Below the pieces are notes generated by a model that was not told the DNA's origin, did no database searches, and was given only the letters and a program-made list of their open reading frames with translations. From Octopus bimaculoides (Eukaryota), in assembly GCF_001194135.2 (NCBI RefSeq), contig NC_068983.1, positions 81,160,802 to 81,224,801 of the forward strand: 64,000 nucleotides of DNA, in the 5' to 3' direction. Shown piece by piece: positions 1 through 14,157 of this stretch. The first letter of the stretch is position 1, and every line of letters begins with the position of its first letter. The position numbers and the translations under genes are program-made.

Positions 1-29
1 TTTGTTGGTTATACTAAAAATGTATCCAA

Positions 30-860
30 TTTCTCCTAGGTGACTTTATTTTTCTATCACAATGATATGCTACTTCTTCTCAGCTTCTATTCACTCTCCA
101 TCAGCTGAAGTAGAAAGTATAGTACTCCTGAGTGGGGTTCATCACCCTCATCTGTTTTGGGGAATGAAGATGAGCACTTTCTAAAACTTTGGCAAGTAAT
201 GCTGTTGGAACAGCTGCCTCCAGGACCTACTGTTGCTGGGTTGCTTTGGTTGACATATTTTGCTCTGAATTTCCAGCTCCTTAGGGTAAAAAGTCCTACA
301 AGGGCTTCTGCACCCACAAGTCTAACAATTGGGCTTTCTACTCAGCACTTCTAGTCTCATTGCATATGGCTTGAGGTCTGGAGAGATCACAAAAACTTGC
401 AAATCCAAGTTGATTTCCACCTTTTATCACTTTTCATTTCTTGTCATCTGTACATTTATCACTTACTAATCTTGTGCTATGAAAGTAATCATAACCCAAA
501 CATAACAAATGTTACTGCCAATTCCCTCTGACTGGTACCTGTGTGTTGCACTGGACCTTGTAGTGTGATACAAGCCAATAGGCATCACACGAGCGCTGCT
601 TACCACTTTGCATTTCCTTTGAATTTGAAGAAGAGAGAAGAAACTACTGAATGTTCTGTTTCACTTGTAGACAAGATAATGTCAAACACTTCAGTCAGGG
701 CCTCCTCCAATGCATCCTTAGCAAGCATACAAAATTCTGCCACAGAGGTAAGTCAAATTCTCTATGCTTCTTTTGAAACCAATTTTTGGAGTAAGAAGAC
801 AGAGACCTTCTTGAAATACCTCTGTCACACTTGTCTATGTTTAGGCTTCCTTTACTGAAT
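30..860 (-). mobile_element. Possible degraded LINE ORF1 (gag-like, Tx1/L1-type)
   Basis: Stop-ridden minus translation LEEALTEVFDIILST..SLFFKFKG..ELAVTFVMFG..LEVLSRKPNC*TCGCRSPCRTFYPKE contains a zinc-knuckle-like segment. Confidence 0.35.
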
Positions 861-1319
861 GTAACATTTGCAAAACTGTGTATGTAAAGCAATATATTGT
901 TGTTGCTGTTATTGTTAAATGAGTTGTCAAAATTGCTCTCATTTGTATTAAACTACAGATATATATTTTGTCTCAAAATGTTACTGCTTTCTTTTACAAT
1001 ATTTTCGTCTATTTCCTTTTTTCTTGTTTTTTTTTTTTTTGGTGCTTTTTGTACCGGTGTTAAGGCTTTTGTTTGTCTAAGGGCATTTACTGCTAACATT
1101 TTGTGTTGAATGTCAGCTAATAAAAGAGTTGTTTTTTTTTCCCCTTTGTCCAATTTGGGTGAAAACTTTTTAAAAAACCTGCTTATCTTTTTTTCTGAAT
1201 CAATTCAAAGGTAATGACACAGAAAAATTCCAGGTTAGAAAGAAAAAAAAAATCCCAAAATGAGAGCAGTATGAAGCACATCTTGACACAGTAAAATCAA
1301 ATAATGATAATAATAATGA

Positions 1320-1771
1320 TAATCATTTCTGCTAAAGGCACAAGGCTTGAAATTTTGTAGGAGGGAACTGGTTGGATTATACTGACCCCAATGCTTAACT
1401 GGTACTTGATTTATTGAGGCCAAAAGAATGAAATACAAAGTTGACCTCAGTGATATTTGAACCCAGAATGTAAAGAAGAATGAAATGATGCAATGCAATT
1501 TGTCTTGCATGCTAACAATTCTGCCAATTTGTGGCCTTAATAACAATAACAATAATAGTTTCAAATTTTGGCACAAAGCCAGCAAGTTGTGGGGAGAGGT
1601 TAAGTCGATTACAACACCCCTAGTGCAAAACTGGTACTTATTTTATCAACCCCAAAAGGATGAAAGACAAAGGTCGGCCTTGACAGAATTTGAACTCAGA
1701 TTGTAAAGACAGATGAAATGCCACTATGCATTTAGCACATCATCCTAACGACTCTGCCAGCTCGTCACCTT
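1320..1771 (-). mobile_element. Two tandem SINE family B copies
   Basis: Copies at 1320-1538 and 1556-1771, separated by (AAT/AAC)n. Confidence 0.8.
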
Positions 1772-1774
1772 TGT

Positions 1775-1809
<35 letters not shown>

Positions 1810-3474
1810 TAGTAGTAGTATCAATAATCATAGCAACAATAACAGTATCTGACATTATATCCATTTCAAAGATCCAAAGATTACCTCTCTGAAAACAAAA
1901 ACAAAAAAAACCTATTCTACCATATTGTTACATCTCCGGATGACATGATTTTTCATCCAATATCAACTATATTTACATATCCATTTCACATTGGTGATAC
2001 ACATTACAAAAAAAAAAAAAAGCTGGTCAACACATGTCAAAGGATTTAGGCCTCTGATTAAAGACAGGGTTTAAAGTAAAGGATTTAACCAAAGAAAACC
2101 TGTGTTAGGAAAAACACCACAATGATGTCTTTAAAATAGAGTATTTATTTCACTAATCTGAATAACATGAAGCTACTTTTTCTATGCCTCATTTTCCCCA
2201 CACCATCCTCTTAATGTACACCGGCATCAAGGGATTGAGTAAAAAAAAAAAAAATGTTTTGATGCCAGTTATATTGATGATGATGATAACACTTTGATGA
2301 TATAAGGATACAAACAGATGCTGAAGATGATTTTGATGCAGTAAAAAAAAAATTGCATGTTTGCAATGCATTAAGGTGGTTACCATAGAGACTACAGCCT
2401 GAACATTCAATGAGGCATCATTTACTCAAGGACAATAAAATACAAGTGTATGCTACTGACACACCTCCCATCCAACCCATGCAGAAAATAGTTTGGAATC
2501 AGAAAGAGGGGAATAGGCTGTCTAGTCCCTGGGTATTCCACAAAACTGATTGCACACAACTATGAACTAAACTCCCTAACCCATACCATTCAAACATAAG
2601 AAAAAGCATGAAGGAATACATACATATATATATATATACATATGTACATACATAAATATATACATACATATACACAAATATACATACTTACATATACATA
2701 CATATATATTTATATTTATACACACACACACACATATATTTATACACACACACACACGTGTGTGTGTGTGTGAACAGAAACGCACCTACACATATGCACA
2801 CACACATGTATATCTAATTGGATCTGCATGCATTAATATGTGTGTGTATGTGAAACAAATATTTTCCTATTATCACAACAATGATAATTATTTCATAATA
2901 GATGAATGATATTTCCTTATCATCACTATTATGATTATCATAATCACCAAAATCTGTATCACTAACAATAACTGCAATAACTACAACAACATCATCAGCA
3001 GCATTGCCATTATCATTATTAAGATTTCCTCCTATCAAAACAATAATATAATTTCCTCTACGAAAACTAATTTTTATAAAAAAAAGAAATTCCAGTAAAA
3101 TGTAAAAAAACAAAAAATAAAAAGATAAACAGAACACCTAACAAAATACAAATGAAAGACAAAAATACATATAAAGCTACCAACAAAAAAATATGTAAAG
3201 GAAAGAAATTTGGTAAAAATTTATAATTTTATTTCTAAAACAAAAACTTCAATGAAGGGCAGCCATATAGGAAAACCAATAACCTCTGCAGAACCTTATT
3301 TTGTTCTGAAAGAAAAGATCCCATTCTTCAAAAGCCAAATAATGCGAATGGGATATGCAAAATAGATTATACAGAGGAAATATAAAGATCACAAGGTATT
3401 TAGATTACACTGAAAGAATGAAGGAGATCAAAAGATACTTAAATTACACAGAGGAAAAATAAAACAAAAATATA

Positions 3475-3507
<33 letters not shown>

Positions 3508-3536
3508 GAGTAATAATAATAATAACAGTGATGATG

Positions 3537-3568
<32 letters not shown>

Positions 3569-3871
3569 CACATCAACTCAAAGTAAAAAAAAAGGGAAAG
3601 GAATGAAAAATCATGGGATATTACGATTACATGGAGAAAGTCGGGAGATCACAAGATAGTTAGATTATATAGCTGGGATAAAAAGATAGGGGCCATGATA
3701 GGAGAACTGAGATGGAAAACTAGCTGAGAGTGAAAAGGGGGTAAAAAAAAAAAGACAAAAACTGATAGTCTTAACTGGAATGAATAGAACACAGGTACTT
3801 TGAAGACTTTAAAGCTTTATTAAAAATGCTTAATTATATGAGGAGAGCTATCAATAGGTAACATTTAGCTA

Positions 3872-3876
<5 letters not shown>

Positions 3877-3907
<31 letters not shown>

Positions 3908-3927
3908 ATGATATATATATTTCTCCC

Positions 3928-4001
<74 letters not shown>

Positions 4002-4179
4002 GGGAGAGATGTGTATATCATTCATATATATATATGTATATATACATATGTATATATATATGTGTATATATATACATATATATATATGCATATATATATA
4101 TATATATGCATATATATATATACATATATATATATATATGTATATATATACATATATATATATGCATATATATATATAT
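3877..4179. repeat. (TA)n/(TATG)n microsatellite running into the assembly gap at 4180-5006
   Basis: Directly visible. Similar (TA)n tracts border gaps near 50120, 57190 and 62580. Confidence 0.95.
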
Positions 4180-5006
4180 NNNNNNNNNNNNNNNNNNNNN
4201 NNNNNNNNNNNNNNNNNNNNNNNNNNNNNNNNNNNNNNNNNNNNNNNNNNNNNNNNNNNNNNNNNNNNNNNNNNNNNNNNNNNNNNNNNNNNNNNNNNNN
4301 NNNNNNNNNNNNNNNNNNNNNNNNNNNNNNNNNNNNNNNNNNNNNNNNNNNNNNNNNNNNNNNNNNNNNNNNNNNNNNNNNNNNNNNNNNNNNNNNNNNN
4401 NNNNNNNNNNNNNNNNNNNNNNNNNNNNNNNNNNNNNNNNNNNNNNNNNNNNNNNNNNNNNNNNNNNNNNNNNNNNNNNNNNNNNNNNNNNNNNNNNNNN
4501 NNNNNNNNNNNNNNNNNNNNNNNNNNNNNNNNNNNNNNNNNNNNNNNNNNNNNNNNNNNNNNNNNNNNNNNNNNNNNNNNNNNNNNNNNNNNNNNNNNNN
4601 NNNNNNNNNNNNNNNNNNNNNNNNNNNNNNNNNNNNNNNNNNNNNNNNNNNNNNNNNNNNNNNNNNNNNNNNNNNNNNNNNNNNNNNNNNNNNNNNNNNN
4701 NNNNNNNNNNNNNNNNNNNNNNNNNNNNNNNNNNNNNNNNNNNNNNNNNNNNNNNNNNNNNNNNNNNNNNNNNNNNNNNNNNNNNNNNNNNNNNNNNNNN
4801 NNNNNNNNNNNNNNNNNNNNNNNNNNNNNNNNNNNNNNNNNNNNNNNNNNNNNNNNNNNNNNNNNNNNNNNNNNNNNNNNNNNNNNNNNNNNNNNNNNNN
4901 NNNNNNNNNNNNNNNNNNNNNNNNNNNNNNNNNNNNNNNNNNNNNNNNNNNNNNNNNNNNNNNNNNNNNNNNNNNNNNNNNNNNNNNNNNNNNNNNNNNN
5001 NNNNNN

Positions 5007-5509
5007 CCAAGCAACCGGGGATGTTTAAATCCGGAGGCACTCCTGGGGATCACCTGTACGGGTACCGTCTTGGGTAGAGGGCATCCAGAGGCAGGTAATT
5101 TATTGTTTAAACCGTAGTTTATAATTATATTTATGTGGAGAATGGAGCAACAAATACAAGAAGAAGCAATTCTGTTGGGCTAGTTAGCCGTTGTTTTATT
5201 ATGTGGAGGTTATGTAATGAGTCATTGTGGAGGTTGAGGTTAAGTAGTGAGTTATTGTGAATGTTATGTAATAGTCATTTACGTACGTTTCAATCTAGCC
5301 AATGGTTTGGCAGATCTCATCAGAATGTTGAGGAGTATGCTAAGAGTTCGTGGTTCGAGGGCTGTAGGAGAAGTGATTGGTGGGTATATTAATGTATATG
5401 GTGGTGTGATAATAGCGATAGGTAAAGAAAGCCTTACGTTTTAGTTGAAGTTGTGTTGGTCTTCCTGTAAGGGGATGTAGGATGGGTGCTATTTAAGCTC
5501 ATTATTCCG

Positions 5510-5510
<1 letters not shown>
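5007..5510 (-). mobile_element. Penelope-like terminal-repeat (pLTR) fragment or retrozyme carrying the HHR
   Basis: GC-richer, CpG-containing island between an assembly gap and a (TA)n tract. It contains the HHR at 5276-5327 and no ORF is visible. Confidence 0.55.
5276..5327 (-). ncRNA. Minimal type-I hammerhead ribozyme, intact core
   Basis: Reverse complement reads CAUU-CUGAUGA-GAUCUGCCA(AACCAU)UGGCUAGAUU-GAAA-CGUACGUA-AAUG. Helix I is CAUU/AAUG, helix II is 9 bp with one bulge, and helix III is the palindrome ACGUACGU. Predicted GUA cleavage between 5280 and 5279. Confidence 0.8.
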
Positions 5511-5553
<43 letters not shown>

Positions 5554-5595
5554 CATACATATACATACACACAAACACACTCATAGATTGTTATT

Positions 5596-5780
5596 GGTGC
5601 AGACATGTCTATGTGGTTAAGAAGTTAACTTCACAACCACGTGATTTTAGGTTCAATTCCACTGCAACGTACCTTGGGTAAGTGCCTTTGACTGTAGCAA
5701 AGGCTAACTAAAACTTTTCGAGTGGATTTGTTAGACCACTGAAATATGTCCATCATATGCTTATATCTATGTGTTTCCTT
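5596..5780 (+). mobile_element. SINE family A, 5' fragment; similar fragments at 29315-29490(+), 37740-37905(-), 39945-40100(-), 42345-42505(+), 44645-44885(+)
   Basis: Diverged copies of the head/body motif ending GTGAGTGGATTTG..AAACTGAAAGAAGCC. Confidence 0.7.
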
Positions 5781-8700
5781 GTCTTGTCACCATATGCTAA
5801 TTCTGAAAGAGCAACATAGTCATGTAGGTGCTGTCATACATTTTAATCATCATCATCATCTAGATCACCATCATCTTTGTCATCATCATTTAATGTCCAT
5901 ATTCCATGCTGACATGGGTTTGCTGGTTTGACAGGACCCAATGTGTTCAAGGACTACATTGAGTTTCAATGCCTGCTTTGGCATGGTTTTTTACCACTGG
6001 ATGCCCTTCTTAAAACCAACCACTTTACAGCATTGACTGGGTGCCCTTTTTGTGCCACCTGCACTACTGAGGTCACTATGCATTTTGCAAGATCACAAGC
6101 CTTGGGTGAGGTGGGGACAGTGCAGGTTCCTTGCAGAGGGTATTTGAGTTAAAAAAAAAAACACGAAGAGAAATATTACCTTGTTTGAAAAGAGGTCAGG
6201 GTCAGCGACTAGAAAACAATCTGGCCATAGGATATTTACATCAACAAATTTCATCTGACCAATACAAGCATGGAAAAGTGGATATTTAAATGGGATATGA
6301 TGATTATATATACACACACACAAATATATTTATTCATTAGTTCAGTCTTTTATATCCAGTTTATGCATGAATAAAATGAATGTCTTTTGAGGCACTGTTT
6401 TACATCCAATACCCTTCTTGTTGCTAACCCTTATTTGTTTTTCAGTTAAGGGATCTCTTATTTCTCTCATATTTCAAAGCACAAAGCCAGCAAATAATTT
6501 GTTGAGAGCAGAAATGATCGCAACATCACCATTTGTAGTTCACAATATTCAGAGAATATGTTACCAAAGACATATGTAAATATATATCTATATATATATA
6601 TAAATACATGCAGCTACATATATACAAATATTTATATATAGCATACATATACATAATGCATACAAGTACATACACACCCATATGTACAAGCATGGCTGTC
6701 GATGATTAAAACATGATTGCGATCATCTTCATTGATTAGATATGACAATGACATAACGAATTTGATTAAGACAATTGACACTCTCACATTGCTTTCATAT
6801 TTCAGAGGTATAAAAAAAAAAAATTTCTATTGTAAGAGACATTATCGAAGTGAAAGAAGACTTAGTGAGGAATTAAACATTTATCAAGGACACAACACAA
6901 GCAAACAACAATGCTAATGTAAAAACAAGTATCAAAATGACAAATGATGACAAGTATAAACATAACAATCGCAACATCACTGGCAATAATGTTAAAGAAG
7001 TGGATAAATGTTTCATATATATATATAAATATATATGGAACATCTATATATTCATCTATCTCCATATACACACTCATGCATAGAACATCTACAAATATCT
7101 GCATTAGTATACAAGAAGACTTTGATATATATACATACATTCCTGTGTAATCCACAGTATATTATTTGTATCAATAAATGCCAGGTGTTGAGAATTCAAG
7201 TGAATCGAAGTATGTCTACCTTGATTTTCTTATTTGTTCTTATTTTTATTATTCATTGCACTAATCAGAAGTTTGGCATTGTACATATCCTTACTTCAGC
7301 TGTCTGTGCCAGTGAGGTAATCTGGAAGTGCAGATTATCAGGAAATTGACAGAATATCAATGATGGCAATCTAATGCTCTAACAGAGTTCCAAATGCCCA
7401 AAGATACAAAAGTAGAAAACTTAATCATAATTGACTTTCTTCAATCTTTTATCAGAAGTGGCATTTGGCTGACATGACATTAATATTCAACGATCATTGA
7501 GAAACTAACGAGGATAGTGAAAAAACATCAGTAAGACACAGCATCTTCATATGGTTTACATTAAAAGCAAAATTACTGTTTTAAACAGTACTCTTAGCAG
7601 TAAGTACTTGCAAAAATATAAAAATGACACGTTTTTGACTAAACAAAATTGAAAGAAGTTTTACTCAACTGAATGAGATTTTAGTGTATTACTTGGTAAT
7701 CAAGGAAATAAATCGTAGTATATCACAAATACATCCAGTATAAGACATTGAATCTGATTCTATGTTAAGCATTTTTAGAAGTATTTATAGCATTGAATGG
7801 CAAATTTTAGCCTAGTCGATATGAATCTACTCATTTTGGTATGTTTGGCTAACCCAATCCATTTTGCATTGAAATCCATGCCAAAACTAGTCAGTTTTGT
7901 ATTTAACTATGTGTAACCAACTGTGTTTATTTTACAAACTGAGAAAAATGAAAATCAAAGCTAAATTTCAGCTAGAAAAACAAAACATTAAACTAGTCAA
8001 GCATAATACATCCAGTCCAAAGTGTTAACACATTAATAATTACCACAGCCTTGCGCAAACATTTTCTAAAATAAGCATAAAACCTCAAACATTTGATAAT
8101 TTTTATGAAACTCAAACCATTTGAGTGTAGTATAGAGTTTTACCCTAAGGGCAAGGCTCACAGACAAACAATAACAAGGGTATGTTTTTTCTTTTTTTTT
8201 CAATTAGTTTAATAAGATTGTTTTGGACATTGAAACAATATAATCCTTCCTTTGAAACTGTAAACTGGAGAGGCAAAGTTCTCTTTTTTTTGCAGCTGGG
8301 TGTACTGTCTCTATTGCTAATTATTCCACTATGAATGAGAATGGGCCTGGTTTCTCAAGTATAGGTAAACATAGTAAAGATTTAGAGTAGAACATATGTT
8401 CAACAATAATGAAATTTGAAAAATTTATTATGATGTGGTCAATCAGCTACCATCGTAATTTCAAAGCTACTTTATTGACATGAAGTTTAAGTAAATAAAT
8501 TGAACATAATTATATACACAACTTGTAAGTACCAGAAAAATGATCTTGATCTCAATAAATATGGCAAAAGAAAAAAAAATATTACAATCTGATTGATATA
8601 GAAAAGGAAGATATTAGGATATTAACTACATTATTGCACTAAGTAAGCAAAGTAAACCAGTTTTGTTTACAAACATATTTCTAAACTCTAAACTTAAGAC

Positions 8701-10363
8701 AATTATCTTATATGCCTTCTGCTTTCATAGTCTATGGTTGTCTAAGTTTAAAATATATTGCTACAAAAGAATCATTTCACTCAATCTTTATTCCTGCCCC
8801 GCTAACCATAAGTTAATACCATTTGCTCAAAGTTCTTGCTCTGTTTCATCTTTGTAATTTTTGTTTCTTTTGCACTGGTAACATTTCTGTATGATTATCT
8901 TTAAATATAAATATACTTTGTATATACTGCCATTTTCCATTATGACATTAATTGTTGTTTTCAATTTGCTTCCATTTAGGTCCATACACATGCTATTCGT
9001 TTTAATTTCAAAGAATTGATCACAATTAGAGTTTATGAGTTTGTATGCCATGGGGTCTTTCAGACTGAAGACATAAGCAACATAGCAACTGATGTTATGT
9101 GAGAGAGGCCACTCAGAGCTCTAGCAATATAAATGAACTCTTTAGATGTGAGATTGACAAGTACAAAGATAATGAACAAATTTGTTTTTGCATGGAGGCA
9201 ATCAACAGCATGTTTGTGAGAACTAAAGCAGACCAAATATGCTGTATCTTACACATCATACTTCATCATATGGTATAACTGGTAAGAGTATACTAGCTGG
9301 AAGTAAGTGTGAGAATAAATGATGAAATGATCACAACTAGAAGACCTAAGAAAAAAAAGTCATCAACAATCTTGTATAGTTCAAAAGGATACTTATTTCT
9401 GTTCATTTGATTATTCGCCATAATTTTCAATTTGAAATTCCTGCTCACAAGCTTTTTCATAACTGATGTGGGTAATGGTTTCTAGGCTAACCTAATAGTT
9501 GGTTTTATAATTCAGTACCTAGCAAGGGTAGTCTCTCTAACTTAATGACGACACACAAATAATAGAAAATATTCCCCACCCTACAAAATTTCCTGATGGA
9601 TATGGATTGGAGTCTGACAATAGTTGTTTCTGCTTTGGACTTAAAATTTTTTGAAAATTCAATAAAATATGACAGCAGAAAAATATAACTATCCAGTTGG
9701 ATGAATAGATGTATGTGTATGTACATATGCATGTATGCACTTTTATTGTCTGATTTATGTAGAAAAGATGTCACTTGAAAAAAGAATTCCTGTGTTTATA
9801 TCCTGTAACTTTGTGGCTCAACAGATAGATGTTACTGAGATAAATACCAGACTTACAAATAAGCACAGTAGGGATTGAAGTAACTGTGGTTACCAGAATT
9901 CTGTGTGAAAAAGCCCCTATATACACAACTAACCATAATGAGTTCTATTTTCCTCAGTTGTTTGACAAAAATCATGTGTGTGTGTATATATGGGTACGTG
10001 CATGTGTGTGCGTGTGTGTATAAAATTATAGCAAACACTTGGTCTTCATTGCAGAGAGATACAGAAGATGCAGTGTCAATGTTTAAAGAATATAAGTGCA
10101 CTGTTGTTTCAATTACTGGTAATCCACTTATTTGCAATACTGCATTCATTAACAATGATAAAATAATGAGCAATAAAAAGTACTTAATTTTGTCAAATAT
10201 TAATATAATTTGTTGTTGATACTGTTTCAAATGAAGAAATAATAAGGGTGAAGACTAAGACACTGTTGCATGAATTCTCTCTTCTTTCTCTCTTATTCAC
10301 TATGTTCTGCACTGTCTTAACATAAGTATTACATCAGTCAGAATAAATAATAATAAAAATAAT

Positions 10364-10581
10364 AATCCTTTCTACTGGAGGCATAAAGCCTCAAATTTGT
10401 GGGGAGGGGACAAGTCGATTAGATCGATCCCAGTGTTTCACTGGTACTTAATTTATTGGCCCCGAAACGATGAAAGGCAAAGTTGACCTTGACAGAATCT
10501 GAACTCAGAACGTAGCAGCAGATGAAATACCACTAAGCATTTTTGCCTGCTGTGCTAACAATTCAGCTAGCTTGCCACCTT
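10364..10581 (-). mobile_element. SINE family B; further copies at 30851-31052(-), 43128-43343(-), 46883-47098(+)
   Basis: Same core and head as 23470-23712. Confidence 0.8.
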
Positions 10582-10619
10582 AATAATAATGATAGCAATA
10601 ATAATAAGAAGGGTTCATA

Positions 10620-11600
10620 ATGGTTGCTTACAGTCAAACATGAGAAAATTAGACCTAACACATAACATACAAAGATGCTGTATTGCTGACCTGATTGACT
10701 GACAACATTGCAATTCTGGAATAATATTGGTAATGAACATGATAAAGTAACATTGCCACATATACAAATGACATCAAACTTCATGTCACCAGAGTTATTA
10801 AGTATCTCAAGCCTCCTAGCACATATTCCTTTACATCCATCTACAATACACCAAACAAAAATCCTTTGTCTATCAGTCACACTTATAAGAATCAAATTGT
10901 GAAAAAAAATTATAAAGTGACATGAAAACACTAACAACAAAGCTTTAATTTTTACTGATCTGCTTCAGGCTGTGAGTGTGCCAGTTTGTTCTTGAAAGAG
11001 AACATTAACACTAGTGTTTACCATCACATTATATATCAGTTTTCTAAGATCAAGAACCAAAGAACACTCATTTTGTAGCAGAAGCAAACATAGCTTGAAT
11101 TTATTGTAGGCCTTGTAGGTTTTTAAGAAAAATCAATTATGAATATTTTGCTGCAATAAAATACTATCTTAATATTTCATCATACATCACTGTTGCTAAC
11201 CACTCCTTGTTGCCAACAACTCTTCCATAAACTGAGTCCACACAGCGCTGGGCTGAAAACGCTGCATGTATGCAGCTGTACAATAAAATCAGCAATATTT
11301 GGTCAATGCATTTTAACTAAAATTGTTGTACACGATGAAACAAATCAGACAGTAACAATGTTTCAAATGCTAAATAGATAAATAAAGAAGAAAATATTAG
11401 CTCATTATTAAGATACCTGAATTGGAATTTGTCAGAGAGTATTTGAGCTCTAGTCATGCCTCTAATATAACTGAAAGTTAATGTAATACTAAATGCAATG
11501 AGGCTATGCAATCAATCTTAAAATTATGTGGAATTCTGTCATTTGACCCAGATCTATTGCAGGTAAGAATTACTTGGTGATTGTCTGATACAACTCTGAG
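10620..11600 (+). mobile_element. Decayed hAT-type transposase relic
   Basis: Fragments FCSRSKHSLNLL (cf. C.AH.LNL) and ESTQRWAE (cf. TRW) occur in the expected order, with many stops. Confidence 0.45.
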
Positions 11601-13937
11601 ATATGACAAATATAGGGAATGGCACTTACATTTTTGTCTTAAATGAAAAGACAAATGATAGCAATTATGGCCTTGTTAAGAATTTGTTTTGTAATCATGT
11701 GAATCTGAATTCAATACAACTACACAGTACTTCAGGTGAAAATATTTGATTAAAAACCTAGGCTGACTCAAAATCTTGTAAATGAAATTGGATAGACAGA
11801 AACAGTAAAAAAGTTAAATAGGTTGTAAATGGTAACTTATGGTTTCTCATTCCTTTCTCTGAAACAGTCTTGTAGGCCCTGCAGGGGTCGTTGGGATTTA
11901 CCATCCCCCATTTGAACAATCCATGAACTTTTTTTTTTTAAATGGATATAAAGAACTGAAACTGGGTTATGAACTTAGCCTGCCAGTAGTTCATGCTTCG
12001 TTATGAAAAATCTCTTTCAAATCAATCAACAGTTTTTTTCCTTTTTTTACAGTCTTGCTTTTCCTATGTCATTAGAAGGTCTGCTTATAATGATATTTTG
12101 AAAATGAAGTTAGGAAATAGTCACTATTCTTTGTGACTGTCTCTCCTTTTGGATGTATATTGAGTTTTTCCCTATGACCAAAAATCATGGACAAACAATA
12201 ACTGATAATCGTTTTCTAAATTATGCATGATACACTAGGCAATTAAAAATGTTTTGTCCATTGGAACAATATAATGCTTTCCTTTGAAGTTGTCAACTGC
12301 AAAATTGAGATTGTAATGACAATGCTTTCTCTTCTTTTGGACAGCTTTGGGAAAGAATTTAAACATCTCGGCTTTCATTAGTAATACTTTAATGTCAATG
12401 CTTCGTACTATTTTACACAGATGTTCAGTAAATATATGGATAAAAGTCAATCCTGGAATAAATTTGTCCAGTATGGCAGGGATTAAAATATTATTATTTT
12501 TCTTAAATTCTCATATATAGGAATTCTATTTGGAAAAAGTAGGCATTAAGAGTTCAGAATGATGAAAGACATACGAACAGCAACTAGACAAATTGCTTTG
12601 TAAAACTCTCTAAGAACAGCCTGTAATTAATTAAATTATAATAGCCATATAAAAATAAAAAATTCCTTAAATCTTAACGACACATAAAGAATAATTAAAA
12701 AGATGTATTATATTGAAAAAAGGGAATCCAGTGGCTATAGTAGAAAATTTGGGGTCGATGAACAAAAAGCTTCTGTTTAAAGAATGTCTTTGAGCAAAAA
12801 ACTTAAATCCACTTTCCTTTGAGATGAGATTTTCTTCCACAAGGTTCTACAAATAGCTTAAGAAAGCTTACTCAAATTAGCCTGAATTAGGTAAAATAGT
12901 TCAGTAAAAGGCTAAGGTTAAGTTTTATACACACACATACACTTCTATATGATTGATATTTTAAAATATTTCTAAGGAACAACGCCCTATCAATTATGGA
13001 CCAATATAAAATAACAATTGTGACATAGATGGCTGATAAGAATATTGATTTTCACTAAAAAGGATAGATACAATAGGAACTAAAATCCTATCAAATATTG
13101 ATTTTATTAAATCTAGGACACATTCAGAAAATGTCTTTTTTTAAAATTCTTTCAATGATGGTTTTTCTAATTTCACAACACAAGCTATTCTCAGTGAATC
13201 TGCAAAAGATCTAATCTAGTTGGTATGGTTACAATAGCCATATGATGGTTGCAACAGAAAGTGTTTTTTTTATGTAATACTGCACATTAACTTATTGTTC
13301 AAAGTCTGCCTTAAAATGAAAAACAAATTGTGTAACAAAATATTACAAGAATTTTCTAAAAAATTCTTTTGAATCTTAAGTCTGAAAGTGTTGAAACATG
13401 TGAATATGTTTATATGAATGTATAGAAACATATTATAACATATAATGGTTTCTTACTCAGGCATGAAGTTATATATGTCTAGAGAAAGAGATATTGGAAG
13501 TTGCAGTATTTATTCCTTTCCCATGCATATTACCGATGTTTCTGAAATAGCTGTAGCGAAGAAGTGAAACTGGGTCACTGATTAAATAAATTCACTGCAA
13601 AATTACCACAACTACACAGCATCCATCATACAAAATAAAATAATGTAATCTGTATGAAAAATAGCAATTTCTTTGACTACCAATGTCACTACTTTAATGA
13701 CTATTTTTTCTTGGCTTGAATGAGTTTGTCACACAAAGCTCAATCAGCTCATCTGAGCAACAATAACATTCTACAGTCTGACCTAACACATATAAGAGTA
13801 CTATTTAGACTACTTTTATTTTGTGAGCACTTTAACAACTAAACAACTACCAAAACTTTTTATCTAGCACATCTCATCCTGTTCATATTATATGTATAAT
13901 CCAAGGAAATACTGTTTGTAGCATGTCTGTGTCTAAA

Positions 13938-14157
13938 CTCTTTAGCATTCAGATTACTCTGTCAAATGTAAAGCTTATTTATTTACATTGTTTTAAATGA
14001 ATCATGTATTATCTCATAGTTTTGAAATTTCAAGGATGTGATGGCTAAATTTTAGAATGACATTGCAGGGTAGATGTGAGAGGCCAGATCTAACTGGTTT
14101 AAACATAAAATAGGTAGAATATTTAGGCTGGATGTGGCTGGTTTATATGTCAAAGGG
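13938..14157. mobile_element. piggyBac-type MITE (older)
   Basis: Ends CTCTTTAGCAT / ATGTCAAAGGG with degenerate TTAA flanks (TAAA, TTGA). Confidence 0.55.

Noticed and set aside
3902-5117. Long ORFs of 339-391 aa (and similar at 62456-63114, 49950-50286, 31026-31453)
   Set aside because: They consist of (TA)n or (AAT)n translations and N-gap X residues.
9060-9110. CUGAAGA with a CAUAA/UUAUG stem
   Set aside because: Followed by UGAGA rather than GAAA, with no complementary helix I.
11400-11552. Coding-like frame ending in CAG|gtaaga
   Set aside because: It has an in-frame TAA and no acceptor, and belongs to the hAT transposase relic.
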